From an uncultured Acidobacteriota bacterium (lineage in GTDB: Bacteria > Acidobacteriota > Vicinamibacteria > Fen-336), in assembly GCA_963740655.1 (NCBI GenBank), contig CAVUFF010000009.1, forward strand, positions 366,814 through 430,813: a DNA stretch of 64,000 nt, given 5' to 3'. Shown here piece after piece: positions 46,847-56,840 of this stretch. Both the position numbers and the translations under genes were made by a program. The notes below the pieces were generated by a model. That model did no database searches, had not been told where the DNA came from, and saw only the letters and a program-made list of their open reading frames with translations. The number at the start of each line of letters is the position of its first letter. Positions within the stretch are counted from its first letter, which is position 1.

Positions 46847-48217
46847 ATGAAGGACATGACGCGGGGCCCGGTCGCCGGGCACGTGCTGCAGTTCGCGGGC
46901 TTCATCGCGCTCACCATGCTGTTCCAGACGCTCTACTTCCTCGCCGACCTCTACTTCGTGGGCCGGCTGGGCAAGGAGGCGGTCGCGGGCGTGTCGCTGT
47001 CGGGCATCCTCGCGTTCGTGGTGCTCGCGCTCACGCAGTCGCTCGGCGTCGGCGCCACCGCGCTCGTCTCGCAGGCGCTCGGACGCAAGCAGCGCGCGCA
47101 CGCCGAGCTCGTGTTCAACCAGGCGCTGGCGCTCGCCGCGATCGTCGGGCTCGGCTTCGGCCTCGCCGCCTTCGCGAGCCGCGGCGCCTATTGCGGCTGG
47201 CTCGCGGCGGACGCTGCGACCGCCGAGCTCGGCGTCCAGTACCTGACCTTCTTCGTCCCGGCGCTCGTGATGCAGTTCCCGCTCGTCGCCCTCGGCGCGG
47301 CGCTGCGCGGGATGGGCGACGTGAAGCTGCCGACCGCGATCCAGGTGGCGACGGTGCTGCTCAACATCCTGCTGGCGCCGATCCTGATCTTCGGCTGGCT
47401 CGGCGTCCCGCGGCTCGGCGTACGCGGCGCGTCGCTCGCGTCGCTTGCGGCGATCCTCGTCGGCTGCCTCGCCTTCGCCCTGTATTTCCGCCGCGCGGCG
47501 AGCCCGTTCCGCCTCCGGCCCGCCGACTGGAAGCCACGCCTCGCGCTGTGGGCGCAGCTACTCCGGATCGGGCTGCCGGCGGGAGGGGAGTTCGCTCTCC
47601 TGTCGGTCTACATGGTGCTCGTGTACTCGATCACGCGCCGCTTCGGCGCTTCCGCACAGGCGGGCTTCGGCATCGGCGTGCGCGTGATGCAGTCGCTGTT
47701 CCTGCCGGCGGTCGCGATCGCCTTCGCGACCGCTCCCGTCGTGGGCCAGAACTTCGGCGCGCGGCTCGGGTCGCGCGTGCGCGAGGCGGCGCGCGCCGCC
47801 GGGCTGATGGCCGCCGGCGTGATGCTCGCTCTCACGCTGCTCTGCCACCTGGCGCCCGACGCGCTCGTGCGCGCGTTCAACGCGGACCCCACGGTCGTGA
47901 GCTTCGGCGCCGAGTACCTGCGGATCGTGAGCTGGAACTTCGTCGCCCAGGGCCTCGTGTTCGTGAGCTCGAGCGTCTTCCAGGGCCTCGGCAACACGCT
48001 GCCGGCGCTCGCCAGCTCGGCGCTGCGGCTGCTGCTCTTCGCGCTGCCGGCCTACATGCTGTCGCAGCGGCCCGGCTTCGAGATGCGGCACGTCTGGTAC
48101 CTGTCGGTCGCGTCGGTCGCGCTGCAGCTCTGCGTCAACCTGTGGCTGCTGCGGCGCGAGATCCGGCTGCGCCTGCCGGACGTCGCTCTCGCCCCGCCCC
48201 AGCCGGTCGCGGTCTAG
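46847..48217 (+). CDS. MATE-family efflux transporter
   Basis: Internal ATG of track ORF 46655..48217. MKDMTRGPVAGHVLQFAGFIALTMLFQTLYFLADLYFVGRLGKEAVAGVS. About 12 TM segments. Confidence 0.9.
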   Translation: MKDMTRGPVAGHVLQFAGFIALTMLFQTLYFLADLYFVGRLGKEAVAGVSLSGILAFVVLALTQSLGVGATALVSQALGRKQRAHAELVFNQALALAAIVGLGFGLAAFASRGAYCGWLAADAATAELGVQYLTFFVPALVMQFPLVALGAALRGMGDVKLPTAIQVATVLLNILLAPILIFGWLGVPRLGVRGASLASLAAILVGCLAFALYFRRAASPFRLRPADWKPRLALWAQLLRIGLPAGGEFALLSVYMVLVYSITRRFGASAQAGFGIGVRVMQSLFLPAVAIAFATAPVVGQNFGARLGSRVREAARAAGLMAAGVMLALTLLCHLAPDALVRAFNADPTVVSFGAEYLRIVSWNFVAQGLVFVSSSVFQGLGNTLPALASSALRLLLFALPAYMLSQRPGFEMRHVWYLSVASVALQLCVNLWLLRREIRLRLPDVALAPPQPVAV

Positions 48218-48229
48218 CGACGGCGCGCG

Positions 48230-49120
48230 TCAGCCGCGCGGCTTCAGCGTCTCGACCGGCGGGAAGGACGACGGCGCGAGCAGCAGCTCCTTGGCGAGCG
48301 GCTTGCCGTCGGCCACGAAGCGCTGCAGCAGCTCGAGCGCGGGACCGGTGTTGGACGGCGTCACGATCGTCGCCGCCAGCTCGCCCTGGCCCACGAGCTT
48401 CTGGCCGCCCTGCGGCAGGCCGTCGCAGCCGAGGAACGGCACCGCGCGCCAGTCGGGAAACTGCTTCACGAGCGCCTTCCTCGCGCCGAGCGCCATCGAG
48501 TCGTTCTGGCTCGCGACGACGTCGGGCCGGAACGCCTCGTTCGTCTTGAGCCGCAGCCACGCGCCCACCGCGCGCTCGGCGCCGGCCTCGGTCCAGTCCC
48601 CGTTGAGCGTACGCAGCTCGCCGCCTTCGCCGAGCGTCTCCTTGAGCCCTGCGAGGCGCTCGATCGCCGCGGCGGACTCGGCCGGCCCCTGCACGCAGAG
48701 GACACGCGCCCGCGCGCCCGCGAGCCGCGCCACCTGGCGACCCTGGATGCGGCCGCACTCCTTCTGGTCGCTGCCGACCATGCCGATCGGCAGCTCCTTG
48801 TGCTCCTGGCGCAGCGCGTCGAGGTAGGCGGGGTGCGTGTTGATCAGGATCCAGCCGATGCTCGCCTTCACCGCGTTGCGCGCGACGCGCTCGAGCACGT
48901 CGCCGGCCGCGGGCTCGACCACGAGCGCGAGCGGGCGCGCGGAGGCGTCGGCGTGGACGTGCTTGAAGAGCTGCTGGATCTGCACCACCGCGTGGCCCTG
49001 CGCGAAGTGCACCTCGACCTCGAGGCCGAGCCTCGCGCCGACCGCGCGGGCGTCTTGGGCCTGGAGCTGCTGGAACTCCTGCTCCTCGTTGAGCAGGGCG
49101 ACGACCACCTTGGCGGGCAT
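48230..49120 (-). CDS. Periplasmic-binding-protein-fold (LacI/RbsB-type sugar-binding) domain protein with no signal peptide and no HTH
   Basis: Terminal 296 aa of track ORF 48230..50719. VVVALLNEEQEFQQLQ.., VVASQNDSMALGARKAL, and GCDGLP. Confidence 0.7.
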   Translation of the reverse strand: MPAKVVVALLNEEQEFQQLQAQDARAVGARLGLEVEVHFAQGHAVVQIQQLFKHVHADASARPLALVVEPAAGDVLERVARNAVKASIGWILINTHPAYLDALRQEHKELPIGMVGSDQKECGRIQGRQVARLAGARARVLCVQGPAESAAAIERLAGLKETLGEGGELRTLNGDWTEAGAERAVGAWLRLKTNEAFRPDVVASQNDSMALGARKALVKQFPDWRAVPFLGCDGLPQGGQKLVGQGELAATIVTPSNTGPALELLQRFVADGKPLAKELLLAPSSFPPVETLKPRG

Positions 49121-49149
49121 CACGAACTCGCGGTTCCTGTTGCAGGCAT
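49120..49149 (-). other. 9-codon upstream ORF (MPATGTASS) with perfect SD, stop overlapping the start of the 48230..49120 gene (TGATG)
   Basis: GGAGGAG at 49160-49154, 4-nt spacer, ATG at 49149. The TGA at 49122-49120 shares its A with the downstream ATG. The downstream gene has no SD of its own. Confidence 0.4.
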
Positions 49150-49329
49150 CGAGCTCCTCCGTGTTGGTCTCGTGCTGTCGCGTCTCCGCCGCGTCCTTCC
49201 GGAGTCTACGCTCGGCCAGATCTGGCCCGAAGTGGGCCAAACGCAAGCGAGGGCGGCGCGCGATCTCGCGCACGCCGCACCCGAGTCCGCCCGAGCCAGC
49301 GTGAGCGCCGGCTCGCGTTCCTCGCTGCC

Positions 49330-50169
49330 CTAGCGGCCGCTGCGCAGCTGCTCGATCCGCTTCCTGAGCCTCTCGTTCTGTGGGAACTCCGCGCCCAGCG
49401 GCTCGAGCGCTGCGAGCGCTCGGGGCTTGTCCCCTTGGCTCTCGAAGGCATCCGCGAGCAGGAAGGCACGCCGGGCGCGCAGCCGGCGGTCGTCCGACGG
49501 GACGCTCGCCCGCTCGAGCGCGGCCACGGCCGCGGCGGCATCCTTGCGGTCGACGAGCAGCGACTCGGCGGCCGCCAGCTGGACTCCCGGGTCGGCCGGG
49601 AAGCGGCGGGCGGCCAGCTCGATCAGCGCGGCGGCGTCCTCGGGGCGCTGCGCTTTGCGATCGAGCTGCGCCTGGTGGTAGAGCCCCGCCAGCAGCAGCC
49701 GGCCCACGTCCTCGGGGGCTCCGGTCCGGATGCCGACGCCGCCCGCGTAGGAGTAGACGAGCGCGCCGCCGTGCTCGCCGGCCTCGTAGAGCAGCACGAG
49801 GCCGCCCAGCCCGACGAGTGCCGACGCCACGCGCACGGGCTTCGCGAAGCCGCGAGAGCGAAGCGCGAGCCCGAGGAGCTCGAGCATCCCCACCACCACG
49901 AAAGCCCGGTAGGTGCGGTTGCCCCACTCCTCGTGCTCGCCCACCGCCTGCGCCGAGCCGGGCACGCGCTCCACGGGACCGTGGGCCTCGACCCCCGAGC
50001 GCGCGGCCGCGAAGACCGCGACCGCGCTCGCGAGCAGCAGCGTGGCGGCCGCCGGACCCGCCCAGGCGACGCGGCCGCCGAGCGACAGCCAGCGCAGCAG
50101 CACGCCTGCCACCGCGAGCGCGATGGCGAAGTGGACGATCACCGGGTGGTAAGGCGCGAGATTGGGCAT
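49330..50169 (-). CDS. DUF2231-like membrane protein with C-terminal TPR-like helical repeats
   Basis: ATG at 50169 follows GGAGA; the track starts at 50202. MPNLAPYHPVIVHFAIALAVAG matches the DUF2231 HP..VHFPI signature. Four TM segments. Confidence 0.65.
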   Translation of the reverse strand: MPNLAPYHPVIVHFAIALAVAGVLLRWLSLGGRVAWAGPAAATLLLASAVAVFAAARSGVEAHGPVERVPGSAQAVGEHEEWGNRTYRAFVVVGMLELLGLALRSRGFAKPVRVASALVGLGGLVLLYEAGEHGGALVYSYAGGVGIRTGAPEDVGRLLLAGLYHQAQLDRKAQRPEDAAALIELAARRFPADPGVQLAAAESLLVDRKDAAAAVAALERASVPSDDRRLRARRAFLLADAFESQGDKPRALAALEPLGAEFPQNERLRKRIEQLRSGR

Positions 50170-50217
50170 GTTGTCTCCGGGGTCCCCTGGGTTCACCGCC
50201 ACCAGTCAACGAGCTCT

Positions 50218-50715
50218 CTACGCGAACTTCGCGACGACCAGCGTGAGGTCGTCCCGCGGCGGGCCAGTGCCGAGGAACCCGCTCGCCGACGCCAGGATCG
50301 CGTCGCGGAGGTCGTCCGCGCTGCTCGATCGCGCCGTCGCCAGGAACTCGCGCAGCCGGCGCTCGCCGTCCTCGCCGGACGCGTTGGTCGCCTCGGTCAG
50401 GCCGTCCGAGTAGAGCACGAGCACGTCTCCCGGGCGGATCTCGCAGCACGCCTGCTCGTAGCGCGCCGCCTGCAGGATGTCGAGCACCGGTCCGCCGGCC
50501 TCGAGGCGCGTGACCTCGACGCCGCGATCCCTTTCGCCCACCAGCAGCGGCGGGTAGTGCCCCGCGTTCACGTAGCAGAGCTGGCGGGTCTGCGGCTCGT
50601 AGTAGCACCAGAACAGGCTGGCGTAGCGGGAGACGGAGCTCTTCTCGCACAGCAGCCCAGCGATAGGTTCGGGCGAGGTTTCGCGCGGTGGCCGGGAACG
50701 AACGCCGCATGAGTC
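50218..50715 (-). pseudogene. SpoIIE/PP2C-type phosphatase, C-terminal ~165 codons only (5'-truncated)
   Basis: The track lists 50218..50571. The same frame is open upstream to a TGA at 50718-50716 and still reads phosphatase-like sequence (PEPIAGLLCEKSSVSRYASLFWCYYEPQTRQLCYVNAGHYPPLL..VLVLYSDGLTEA..DDLTLVVAKF). There is no ATG/GTG/TTG before 50571, and the metal-binding N-terminal half of the domain is missing. Confidence 0.6.
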
Positions 50716-50764
50716 TCACCCGCCCTCCCCGCGTGTACCTGGAAGAGAATACAACGCGCCGCCG

Positions 50765-51199
50765 ATGCGGGCGGCCTGTGTTTCGGACCGCGCGATCGAT
50801 CGGAGGGTTGAGGTCCGCGTCGAGTTCTTACACGCCTTACGCCCCGTCCGCGCCACGCAGGCCGACCTGCTGCTGACGCTGCGCAAGGGCCGCGTGGGGA
50901 GTGCCGGCGGCCGGGTCCGCAGCGGCCAGCCCACGGCCGCCCCGGGTGCGCAGGCGCCGCAGCGTCCGGACGATCCGCTCGTCGGCACCCAGTTCGCCTC
51001 GACCGACGACCTCCTGAAAGCCTTCGACCCCGCGAACGGGGACCTCCTGCGGCGCGCAACTCTCGCGAACGGCCTGGCCGGCGAGCGCCGCTCCTCGAGT
51101 CATTCCGCAAGGACGTGGCCAAGGCCGACCGAGCGTCGAAGGAGCCCTGGCGTCTGCTCGAGGCGTCACGTAACCATCCGCCTCGGGCTGCCCGGTTGA
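50765..51199 (+). CDS. Hypothetical protein (possibly frameshifted near 51095)
   Basis: High GC3 in frame for ..[51 protein letters not shown]. After about 51095 a different frame ([25 protein letters not shown]) has the better codon bias. No family recognised. Confidence 0.3.
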   Translation: MRAACVSDRAIDRRVEVRVEFLHALRPVRATQADLLLTLRKGRVGSAGGRVRSGQPTAAPGAQAPQRPDDPLVGTQFASTDDLLKAFDPANGDLLRRATLANGLAGERRSSSHSARTWPRPTERRRSPGVCSRRHVTIRLGLPG

Positions 51200-51247
51200 C
51201 TCGCCCGTCGCGCCGGGCTAAACCCTTCAGCCGACCGGCGAGGTGCG

Positions 51248-52585
51248 ATGAGCGAAACTGCAGCAGCAACCGGCAAGCCCGGCCTGGCCCGCGTCCTGGG
51301 CCTCTGGTCGCTGATCATCTACGGGATCGTGCTGATCCAGCCGACGGCACCGATGTCGCCCTTCGGTGTCGTGAGCGCGAAGGCCAAGGGCCACGTCGTC
51401 ACCACGATCCTGATCGGCATGGTGGCGATGCTGTTCACCGCGATCAGCTACGGGCGCATGGCCGCCGTCTACCCGAGCGCAGGCTCGGCCTACGCCTACG
51501 TCGGGCACACGCTGCACCCGGCGCTCGGCTACGCGACCGGCTGGAGCATGCTGTTCGACTACGTGATGAACCCGATCATCTGCGTGATCTGGTGCAGCAA
51601 GGCCGCCCAGAACTTCCTGGCGCTGCCTTTTCCGGTTTGGGCGACGTTCTTCGCGCTGCTCTTCACCGTGCTCAACCTGCAGGGCGTGAAGACGAGCGCG
51701 CGCACGAACGCCGCGATCGCGGTGGGCCTGTGCGTGGTGATCGTGCTGTTCCTGTTCGCCGCCTTCCGCTACCTCGCCGGCATGACGTTCGACACCGCCG
51801 CGCTCACGCGTCCTTTCTACGACCCGGCCACCTTCTCCTGGGGGAAGGTCTCGACCGGCACCAGCCTCGCCGTGCTGACCTACATCGGCTTCGACGGCAT
51901 CTCGACCTTGTCCGAGGAGGCGAAGAACCCGCGCCGCAACATCCTGCTCGCGACCGTGATCGTCTGCCTCTTCACCGGCATCGTCGGCAGCCTGCTCGTC
52001 TACCTGGCGCAGCTCATCTGGCCCGACTGGTCGAGCTACCCCGACGTCGACACCGCCTTCGTGCACGTGGCCGGGCGCGCGGGCGGGCCGCTGCTGTTCG
52101 CGATCCTGAACGGCTCGCTGCTCGTCGCCAACGTGGGCTCGGGGATGGGAGCGCACCTCGGCGCGAGCCGCCTGCTCTACGGCATGGGCCGCGACGACGC
52201 CATCCCGCGCGGCTTCTTCGGCCAGGTGAACCCGCGTACCCACGTGCCCAGCAACAACGTGATCCTGGTCGGAGTGCTGGCGCTCGGAGGCGCGTTCACG
52301 GTCAGCTACGGCCTCGGCGCGGAGCTCTTGAACTTCGGGGCCTTCATCGCCTTCATGGGGGTGAACCTCTCGGCGCTCGTCCACTACTGGTGGCGCGGCG
52401 AGCGCAAGCGGGTGGTGGACCTGGTGCCGCCGCTGCTCGGCTTCCTGATCTGCGCCTACCTCTGGTGGAGCCTCAGCGTGCCCGCGCGCATCGCCGGCTT
52501 CGTCTGGCTGCTGACCGGGATCGCCTACGGTGCCTGGAAGACCCAGGGCTTCAAGAAGGCGATCGAGTTCCGGGAGTCCGACTAG
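51248..52585 (+). CDS. APC-family amino acid/polyamine permease (PuuP-like)
   Basis: [24 protein letters not shown] and [20 protein letters not shown]. 12 TM segments. Confidence 0.9.
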   Translation: MSETAAATGKPGLARVLGLWSLIIYGIVLIQPTAPMSPFGVVSAKAKGHVVTTILIGMVAMLFTAISYGRMAAVYPSAGSAYAYVGHTLHPALGYATGWSMLFDYVMNPIICVIWCSKAAQNFLALPFPVWATFFALLFTVLNLQGVKTSARTNAAIAVGLCVVIVLFLFAAFRYLAGMTFDTAALTRPFYDPATFSWGKVSTGTSLAVLTYIGFDGISTLSEEAKNPRRNILLATVIVCLFTGIVGSLLVYLAQLIWPDWSSYPDVDTAFVHVAGRAGGPLLFAILNGSLLVANVGSGMGAHLGASRLLYGMGRDDAIPRGFFGQVNPRTHVPSNNVILVGVLALGGAFTVSYGLGAELLNFGAFIAFMGVNLSALVHYWWRGERKRVVDLVPPLLGFLICAYLWWSLSVPARIAGFVWLLTGIAYGAWKTQGFKKAIEFRESD

Positions 52586-52674
52586 CGGGGGTCGTTTCTG
52601 GTTGGGTTGCTTGGGAATCGGAGGCTGCTCCCGCGCGATACTGTTCGTGGGGATTCCCGAGCGGAGGTGAAGTC

Positions 52675-53334
52675 GTGAGGCTGTCGACCGAGAAGCTGTC
52701 GCTGCCGAGCCCGGACGAGGCGCTGCCCGGGCGGGACGAGAAGATGCCGGTGCCGGGGCGACATTTCGTGAACGGCGCGCGCCTCGAGCCGCCGTTTCCG
52801 GAGGGGAGCCGGCTCGCGCTCTTCGGGCTCGGCTGCTTCTGGGGCGCCGAGCGCAAGTTCTGGCAGATGCCGGGGGTGCTGTCGACCTCCGTCGGCTACG
52901 CGGGCGGGCTCACGCCGAACCCCAGCTACCGCGAGGTGTGCTCCGGCCGGACCGGCCACACGGAAGTGGTGCGCGTCGTGTTCGATCCCGCGACGCTGAG
53001 CTATGAGGAGCTCCTCCGCGTCTTCTGGGAGGCGCACGACCCGACCCAGGGGATGCGCCAGGGCAACGACGTCGGGACCCAGTACCGCTCGGCGATCTAC
53101 ACGTACGGCGACGAGCAGGCGCGGGCGGCCGCGGCCTCGCGCGACGCCTACGCGCGCGCCCTCTCCGGCGCGGGGCACGGCCCCGTCACGACGGAGATCC
53201 GCTCCGCGCCCGAGTTCTACTACGCGGAGGACTACCACCAGCAGTACCTCGCCAAGAACCCTGGCGGCTACTGCGGGATCGGTGGCACGGGCGTCGCGTG
53301 CCCGGTGGGGCTCGGCACGTCGAAGAGCGCCTGA
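52675..53334 (+). CDS. msrA: Peptide methionine (S)-sulfoxide reductase
   Basis: GTG at 52675 follows [35 protein letters not shown] and [13 protein letters not shown]. Confidence 0.9.
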   Translation: MRLSTEKLSLPSPDEALPGRDEKMPVPGRHFVNGARLEPPFPEGSRLALFGLGCFWGAERKFWQMPGVLSTSVGYAGGLTPNPSYREVCSGRTGHTEVVRVVFDPATLSYEELLRVFWEAHDPTQGMRQGNDVGTQYRSAIYTYGDEQARAAAASRDAYARALSGAGHGPVTTEIRSAPEFYYAEDYHQQYLAKNPGGYCGIGGTGVACPVGLGTSKSA

Positions 53335-53405
53335 GGCGCGAGCGGCGCCGCGCGGCTTGCAAGCAGCCGCGGGCTCGGGCTAGGGTCTTCAGCCGGAGCT
53401 CCCGC

Positions 53406-54116
53406 TTGAAGGTCCTGGTGGTCGACGTCGGCGGCAACAACGTCAAGCTGCTCGCGACGGGCGAGCGCGACGTGCGCAAGATCCCGTCGGGTCCCGCGTT
53501 CACGCCGGGGCGCCTGGTCGCCGCGGTGAAGAAGGCGACGGGCGACTGGAGCTATGGCGCGGTCGCGATCGGCTTTCCCGCGCCGGTGCGGGACGGCAGG
53601 ATCGCCGCCGAGCCCGTGAACCTCGGCCGCGGCTGGGTCCGCTTCGACTTCCGGCGCGCGTTCGGGCGCCCGGTGCGCATCATCAACGACGCGGTGATGC
53701 AGGCGCTCGGCAGCTACCGCAAGGGCCGCCTGCTGTTCCTCGGCCTCGGCACCGGGCTCGGCGCGGCGCTCGTGCTCGACGGCCTGACGCACCCGCTCGA
53801 GATCGCGCACCTGCCGTACCGCGACGGCTGGACGTACGAGGACCTGCTCGGCAAGGACGCGCTCGACGAGGTCGGCAAGAAGCGCTGGCGGCGCCTGGTG
53901 TTCGAGATCGTCCCGCGGCTGAAGGCGGCCTTTCAGGTCGACGAGGTGGTGCTGGGCGGCGGCAACAGCAAGCAGCTCGCCGCGCTGCCCGCCGGCTGCC
54001 GGCGCGGCGACAACAAGAACGCCTTCCTCGGCGGCTTTCGGCTCTTCGAGGACGAAGCCGGCGCCCGGCCGCCCGTGCGGAGGGCGCGCGCCCGGAGCAC
54101 GGCAAGGCGCCGCTAG
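53406..54116 (+). CDS. ROK-family / glucokinase-like sugar kinase
   Basis: TTG at 53406. LKVLVVDVGGNNVKLL, INDAVMQALG, LGLGTGLGAALV. Confidence 0.7.
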   Translation: MKVLVVDVGGNNVKLLATGERDVRKIPSGPAFTPGRLVAAVKKATGDWSYGAVAIGFPAPVRDGRIAAEPVNLGRGWVRFDFRRAFGRPVRIINDAVMQALGSYRKGRLLFLGLGTGLGAALVLDGLTHPLEIAHLPYRDGWTYEDLLGKDALDEVGKKRWRRLVFEIVPRLKAAFQVDEVVLGGGNSKQLAALPAGCRRGDNKNAFLGGFRLFEDEAGARPPVRRARARSTARRR

Positions 54117-54120
54117 CGCG

Positions 54121-55308
54121 ATGTTCCTCCCGATCGGCGACGCCCCAAACCCGAAGGGCACGCCCGTCGCGACCTGGGGGCTGATCGCCGCGAACGTGGC
54201 GGCGTTCCTGCTGCTGAACCTCCCGCTCGAGACGCGCCGCGCCGACCTGCGCTCGCCCGCGCTCGGCGAGTACGTCGAGGTGATGGACCGCGAGCTGCGG
54301 GGCCGCGTCGACGTGCGCGAGATCGTCGCGCGCACGAGCGCCTACGACCTGTTCACCTTCGAGCACGGCTACCGGCCGGCGGCGCCGCAGCTCCGGGACC
54401 TGTTCAGCTGCATGTTCCTGCACGGCAGCTTCATGCACCTGTTCGGCAACATGCTGTTCCTCTGGATCTACGGCGACAACGTGGAGCGGCGGCTCGGCGC
54501 GATCCCGTTCCTCGCCGCCTACCTCGCGACCGGAGTCGCCGCCACGCTCACGCACGCCCTCGTGTTCTCGTCCTCGCAGATGCCGCTCGTGGGGGCCTCG
54601 GGGGCGATCTCGGGCGTGCTCGGCTTCTACTTCGTGTGGTTCCCGCGCAACGTCGTGCGCATGCTCATATTCCTGCCGCCGTTCCTGATGCAGGTGTTCG
54701 AGGTGCCCGCGCGCTTCGTGCTCGGCGTCTATCTGGTGATCGACAACCTGCTGCCGTTCTTCCTCTCGGCCGAGGGAGGCGTCGCGCACGGCGCCCACAT
54801 CGGCGGCTTCGCCGCCGGCGCCCTCGCGGCGTGGCTCCTGGACCGCCGCGGCGCCACGGCGCAGCCCGCGGCCTTTCCGTCGGCGCGGTCCGCTCCGAGC
54901 GGCACCCAGGCGGTCCGCGACGCGCTCGCCGACGGCCGCACGGGCGACGCCGCGCGCGCCTACTTCGCGCTTTCGCCGTCGCTCGCAAAGGGCGCGCTCT
55001 CGGCCGACGAGGCCGTGGCGCTCGCCGGCTGGCTGCGGCAGGCCCGGAATCCGGAAGCCGCGCTCACGCTGCTGCGGCGCGTGGTACGAGACGTGCCGCA
55101 GGGCCGTGGGCTCGCCGAGGTCTACGCCGCTGCGGGCCTGCTGCTGATGCAGGACCTCGACGAGCCCACCGCCGCGTACCAGTACCTGCTGACGGCGCTC
55201 GAGATGCAGCCGCGGCCCGAGACCGAGCGGACGCTGCGTCAGGCGCTTCAGGAGATCGACGCGCTGCAGAAGCGCCGCGTCGGACACCTGCGCCGGCCTT
55301 CCTGGTAG
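54121..55308 (+). CDS. Rhomboid-family intramembrane serine protease with C-terminal TPR-like domain
   Basis: FLHGSFMHLFGNMLFLWIYG, catalytic GASGAISGV and HIGGFAAGAL. Confidence 0.9.
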   Translation: MFLPIGDAPNPKGTPVATWGLIAANVAAFLLLNLPLETRRADLRSPALGEYVEVMDRELRGRVDVREIVARTSAYDLFTFEHGYRPAAPQLRDLFSCMFLHGSFMHLFGNMLFLWIYGDNVERRLGAIPFLAAYLATGVAATLTHALVFSSSQMPLVGASGAISGVLGFYFVWFPRNVVRMLIFLPPFLMQVFEVPARFVLGVYLVIDNLLPFFLSAEGGVAHGAHIGGFAAGALAAWLLDRRGATAQPAAFPSARSAPSGTQAVRDALADGRTGDAARAYFALSPSLAKGALSADEAVALAGWLRQARNPEAALTLLRRVVRDVPQGRGLAEVYAAAGLLLMQDLDEPTAAYQYLLTALEMQPRPETERTLRQALQEIDALQKRRVGHLRRPSW

Positions 55309-55367
55309 CGCCAGGCGGCTCGAGGCGGACCGTGTGAGAATCGTCGGCGGGAGAGCGTCTGGCGGCC

Positions 55368-56840
55368 TTGTCCACCATCGGACGGTTCGAGGTCCTGCGC
55401 GAGCTCGGGCGCGGCGCGATGGGCGTCGTGTACGAGGCGCGCGATCCCATGCTCGACCGCACGGTGGCGCTCAAGGTCGTGCGGCTGGCGCCGCACGGCG
55501 AGGGCGACGAGCTGCTCGCCTACGAAGAGCGCTTCCTGCACGAGGCCAAGATCGCGGCCCAGCTGCAGCACCCGGGGATCGTGGTCGTGCACGACATGGG
55601 GCGCGACCCGGCGACCGGCGCTCTCTTCATCGCCCTGGAGCTGCTGCGCGGCCAGACGCTCGCCGAGCTCGCGCGCGGCGGGCCCATCGTGTGGACCGAG
55701 GTGTTTCGGATCGTCGCTCAGGTGGCCCGCGCCCTGGGCTACGCGCACGCGAAGGGTGTCGTTCATCGCGACGTCAAGCCCGCGAACGTGATCGTGCTGC
55801 CGTCGGGCGAGGCGAAGGTGACCGACTTCGGGATCGCGCAGCTCGAGAGCGCGGTGCAGCGCCTCACCTCCACCGGCGAGTTCATCGGCACGCCGCTCTA
55901 CAGCGCGCCGGAGCAAGCGCGCGTCGAGAAGCTGGACGGCCGGGCCGACGTGTTCTCGCTGGCGTCGGTGGCCTATACCCTGCTGAGCGGCCGGCCGCCC
56001 TTCGAGGCGCCCACCGTTCCCGGTATCGTGCACCGCGTCGTCTACGACGAGCCCCAGCCGCTCGCGCAGCTCGTTGCGGACCTCCCCGCGGACGTGGAGC
56101 GCGTCCTCGCGCGCGCGCTCGCGAAGGACCCGGACGCCCGCTATCCGACGGCGGAGGCGTTCGCCGAGGATGCGGAGGACGTGCTGGCGGGGAAGCCGCC
56201 GCGCCACGCCGGAGGCGACGACTTCGTGCTCGTGGACGAGTCGCCCGAGACGACGCTGCCGCTCGGCGATCCCGCGCCGCAGACGGGAGCGGAGTCCCCG
56301 CTGCCGTCCCTGCCCAAGGGCGCGACCGACACCCGCACCGCGGCGCCGCCGCCGCGGCCGGCCCGCTCCTCGCGCATCCGCCTCTTCGTCGGCGCGGCCG
56401 TGGTGCTCGGCGTGGTCGCGCTCATCCTGTGGATGCCGCGACAGCTCGCGCCGACCGGGTCCGGGACGACGGCGAGCCCTGCGCCCAGCTCTCCGCCCGC
56501 TCCGGTCGCGGCGCCTCTCGAGCCGGCGCGGCTGCGCATCGACTTCGACCACCCGCTCCGGCGCGGCAAGCTGCGCGTGTTCGTGGACGACAAGCTGGCG
56601 CTCGATCGGCCCTTGAGCGGGCAGCAGGCGAAGAAGGCCGTCGTCTTCACGGTGCACGAGGGCAGCCTGCGCGACGAGCTCGAGGTGACGGCAGGCCTGC
56701 ACGAGGTGCGCCTCGAGGTCGCCTGGCAGGACAACGTCAAGAAGGAGAAGATCGTGGGCAACTTCCGCTCGGGTGCCACGCGCACGCTCCTGGCGAGCCT
56801 CGGCCGTCTGCGCCGCGACCTCAAGCTCGAATGGAAGTGA
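55368..56840 (+). CDS. Hanks-type Ser/Thr protein kinase with TM segment and C-terminal extracytoplasmic domain
   Basis: TTG start. LGRGAMGVVYEARD, VALKVV, VVHRDVKPANVIV, VTDFGIAQ, and TM segment RLFVGAAVVLGVVALILW. Confidence 0.9.
   Translation: MSTIGRFEVLRELGRGAMGVVYEARDPMLDRTVALKVVRLAPHGEGDELLAYEERFLHEAKIAAQLQHPGIVVVHDMGRDPATGALFIALELLRGQTLAELARGGPIVWTEVFRIVAQVARALGYAHAKGVVHRDVKPANVIVLPSGEAKVTDFGIAQLESAVQRLTSTGEFIGTPLYSAPEQARVEKLDGRADVFSLASVAYTLLSGRPPFEAPTVPGIVHRVVYDEPQPLAQLVADLPADVERVLARALAKDPDARYPTAEAFAEDAEDVLAGKPPRHAGGDDFVLVDESPETTLPLGDPAPQTGAESPLPSLPKGATDTRTAAPPPRPARSSRIRLFVGAAVVLGVVALILWMPRQLAPTGSGTTASPAPSSPPAPVAAPLEPARLRIDFDHPLRRGKLRVFVDDKLALDRPLSGQQAKKAVVFTVHEGSLRDELEVTAGLHEVRLEVAWQDNVKKEKIVGNFRSGATRTLLASLGRLRRDLKLEWK

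Noticed and set aside
46725-46850. A 41-codon upstream ORF with GGAGGGGG just before its ATG and an ATGA overlap with the MATE transporter start
   Set aside because: Only about 24 of 40 codons end in G/C, far below the genes of this genome. The SD-to-ATG spacing is only about 3 nt. ORFs of this length arise by chance in GC-rich DNA. A TTGACC-N18-TACTGT promoter-like pair at 46655-46684 is equally weak.
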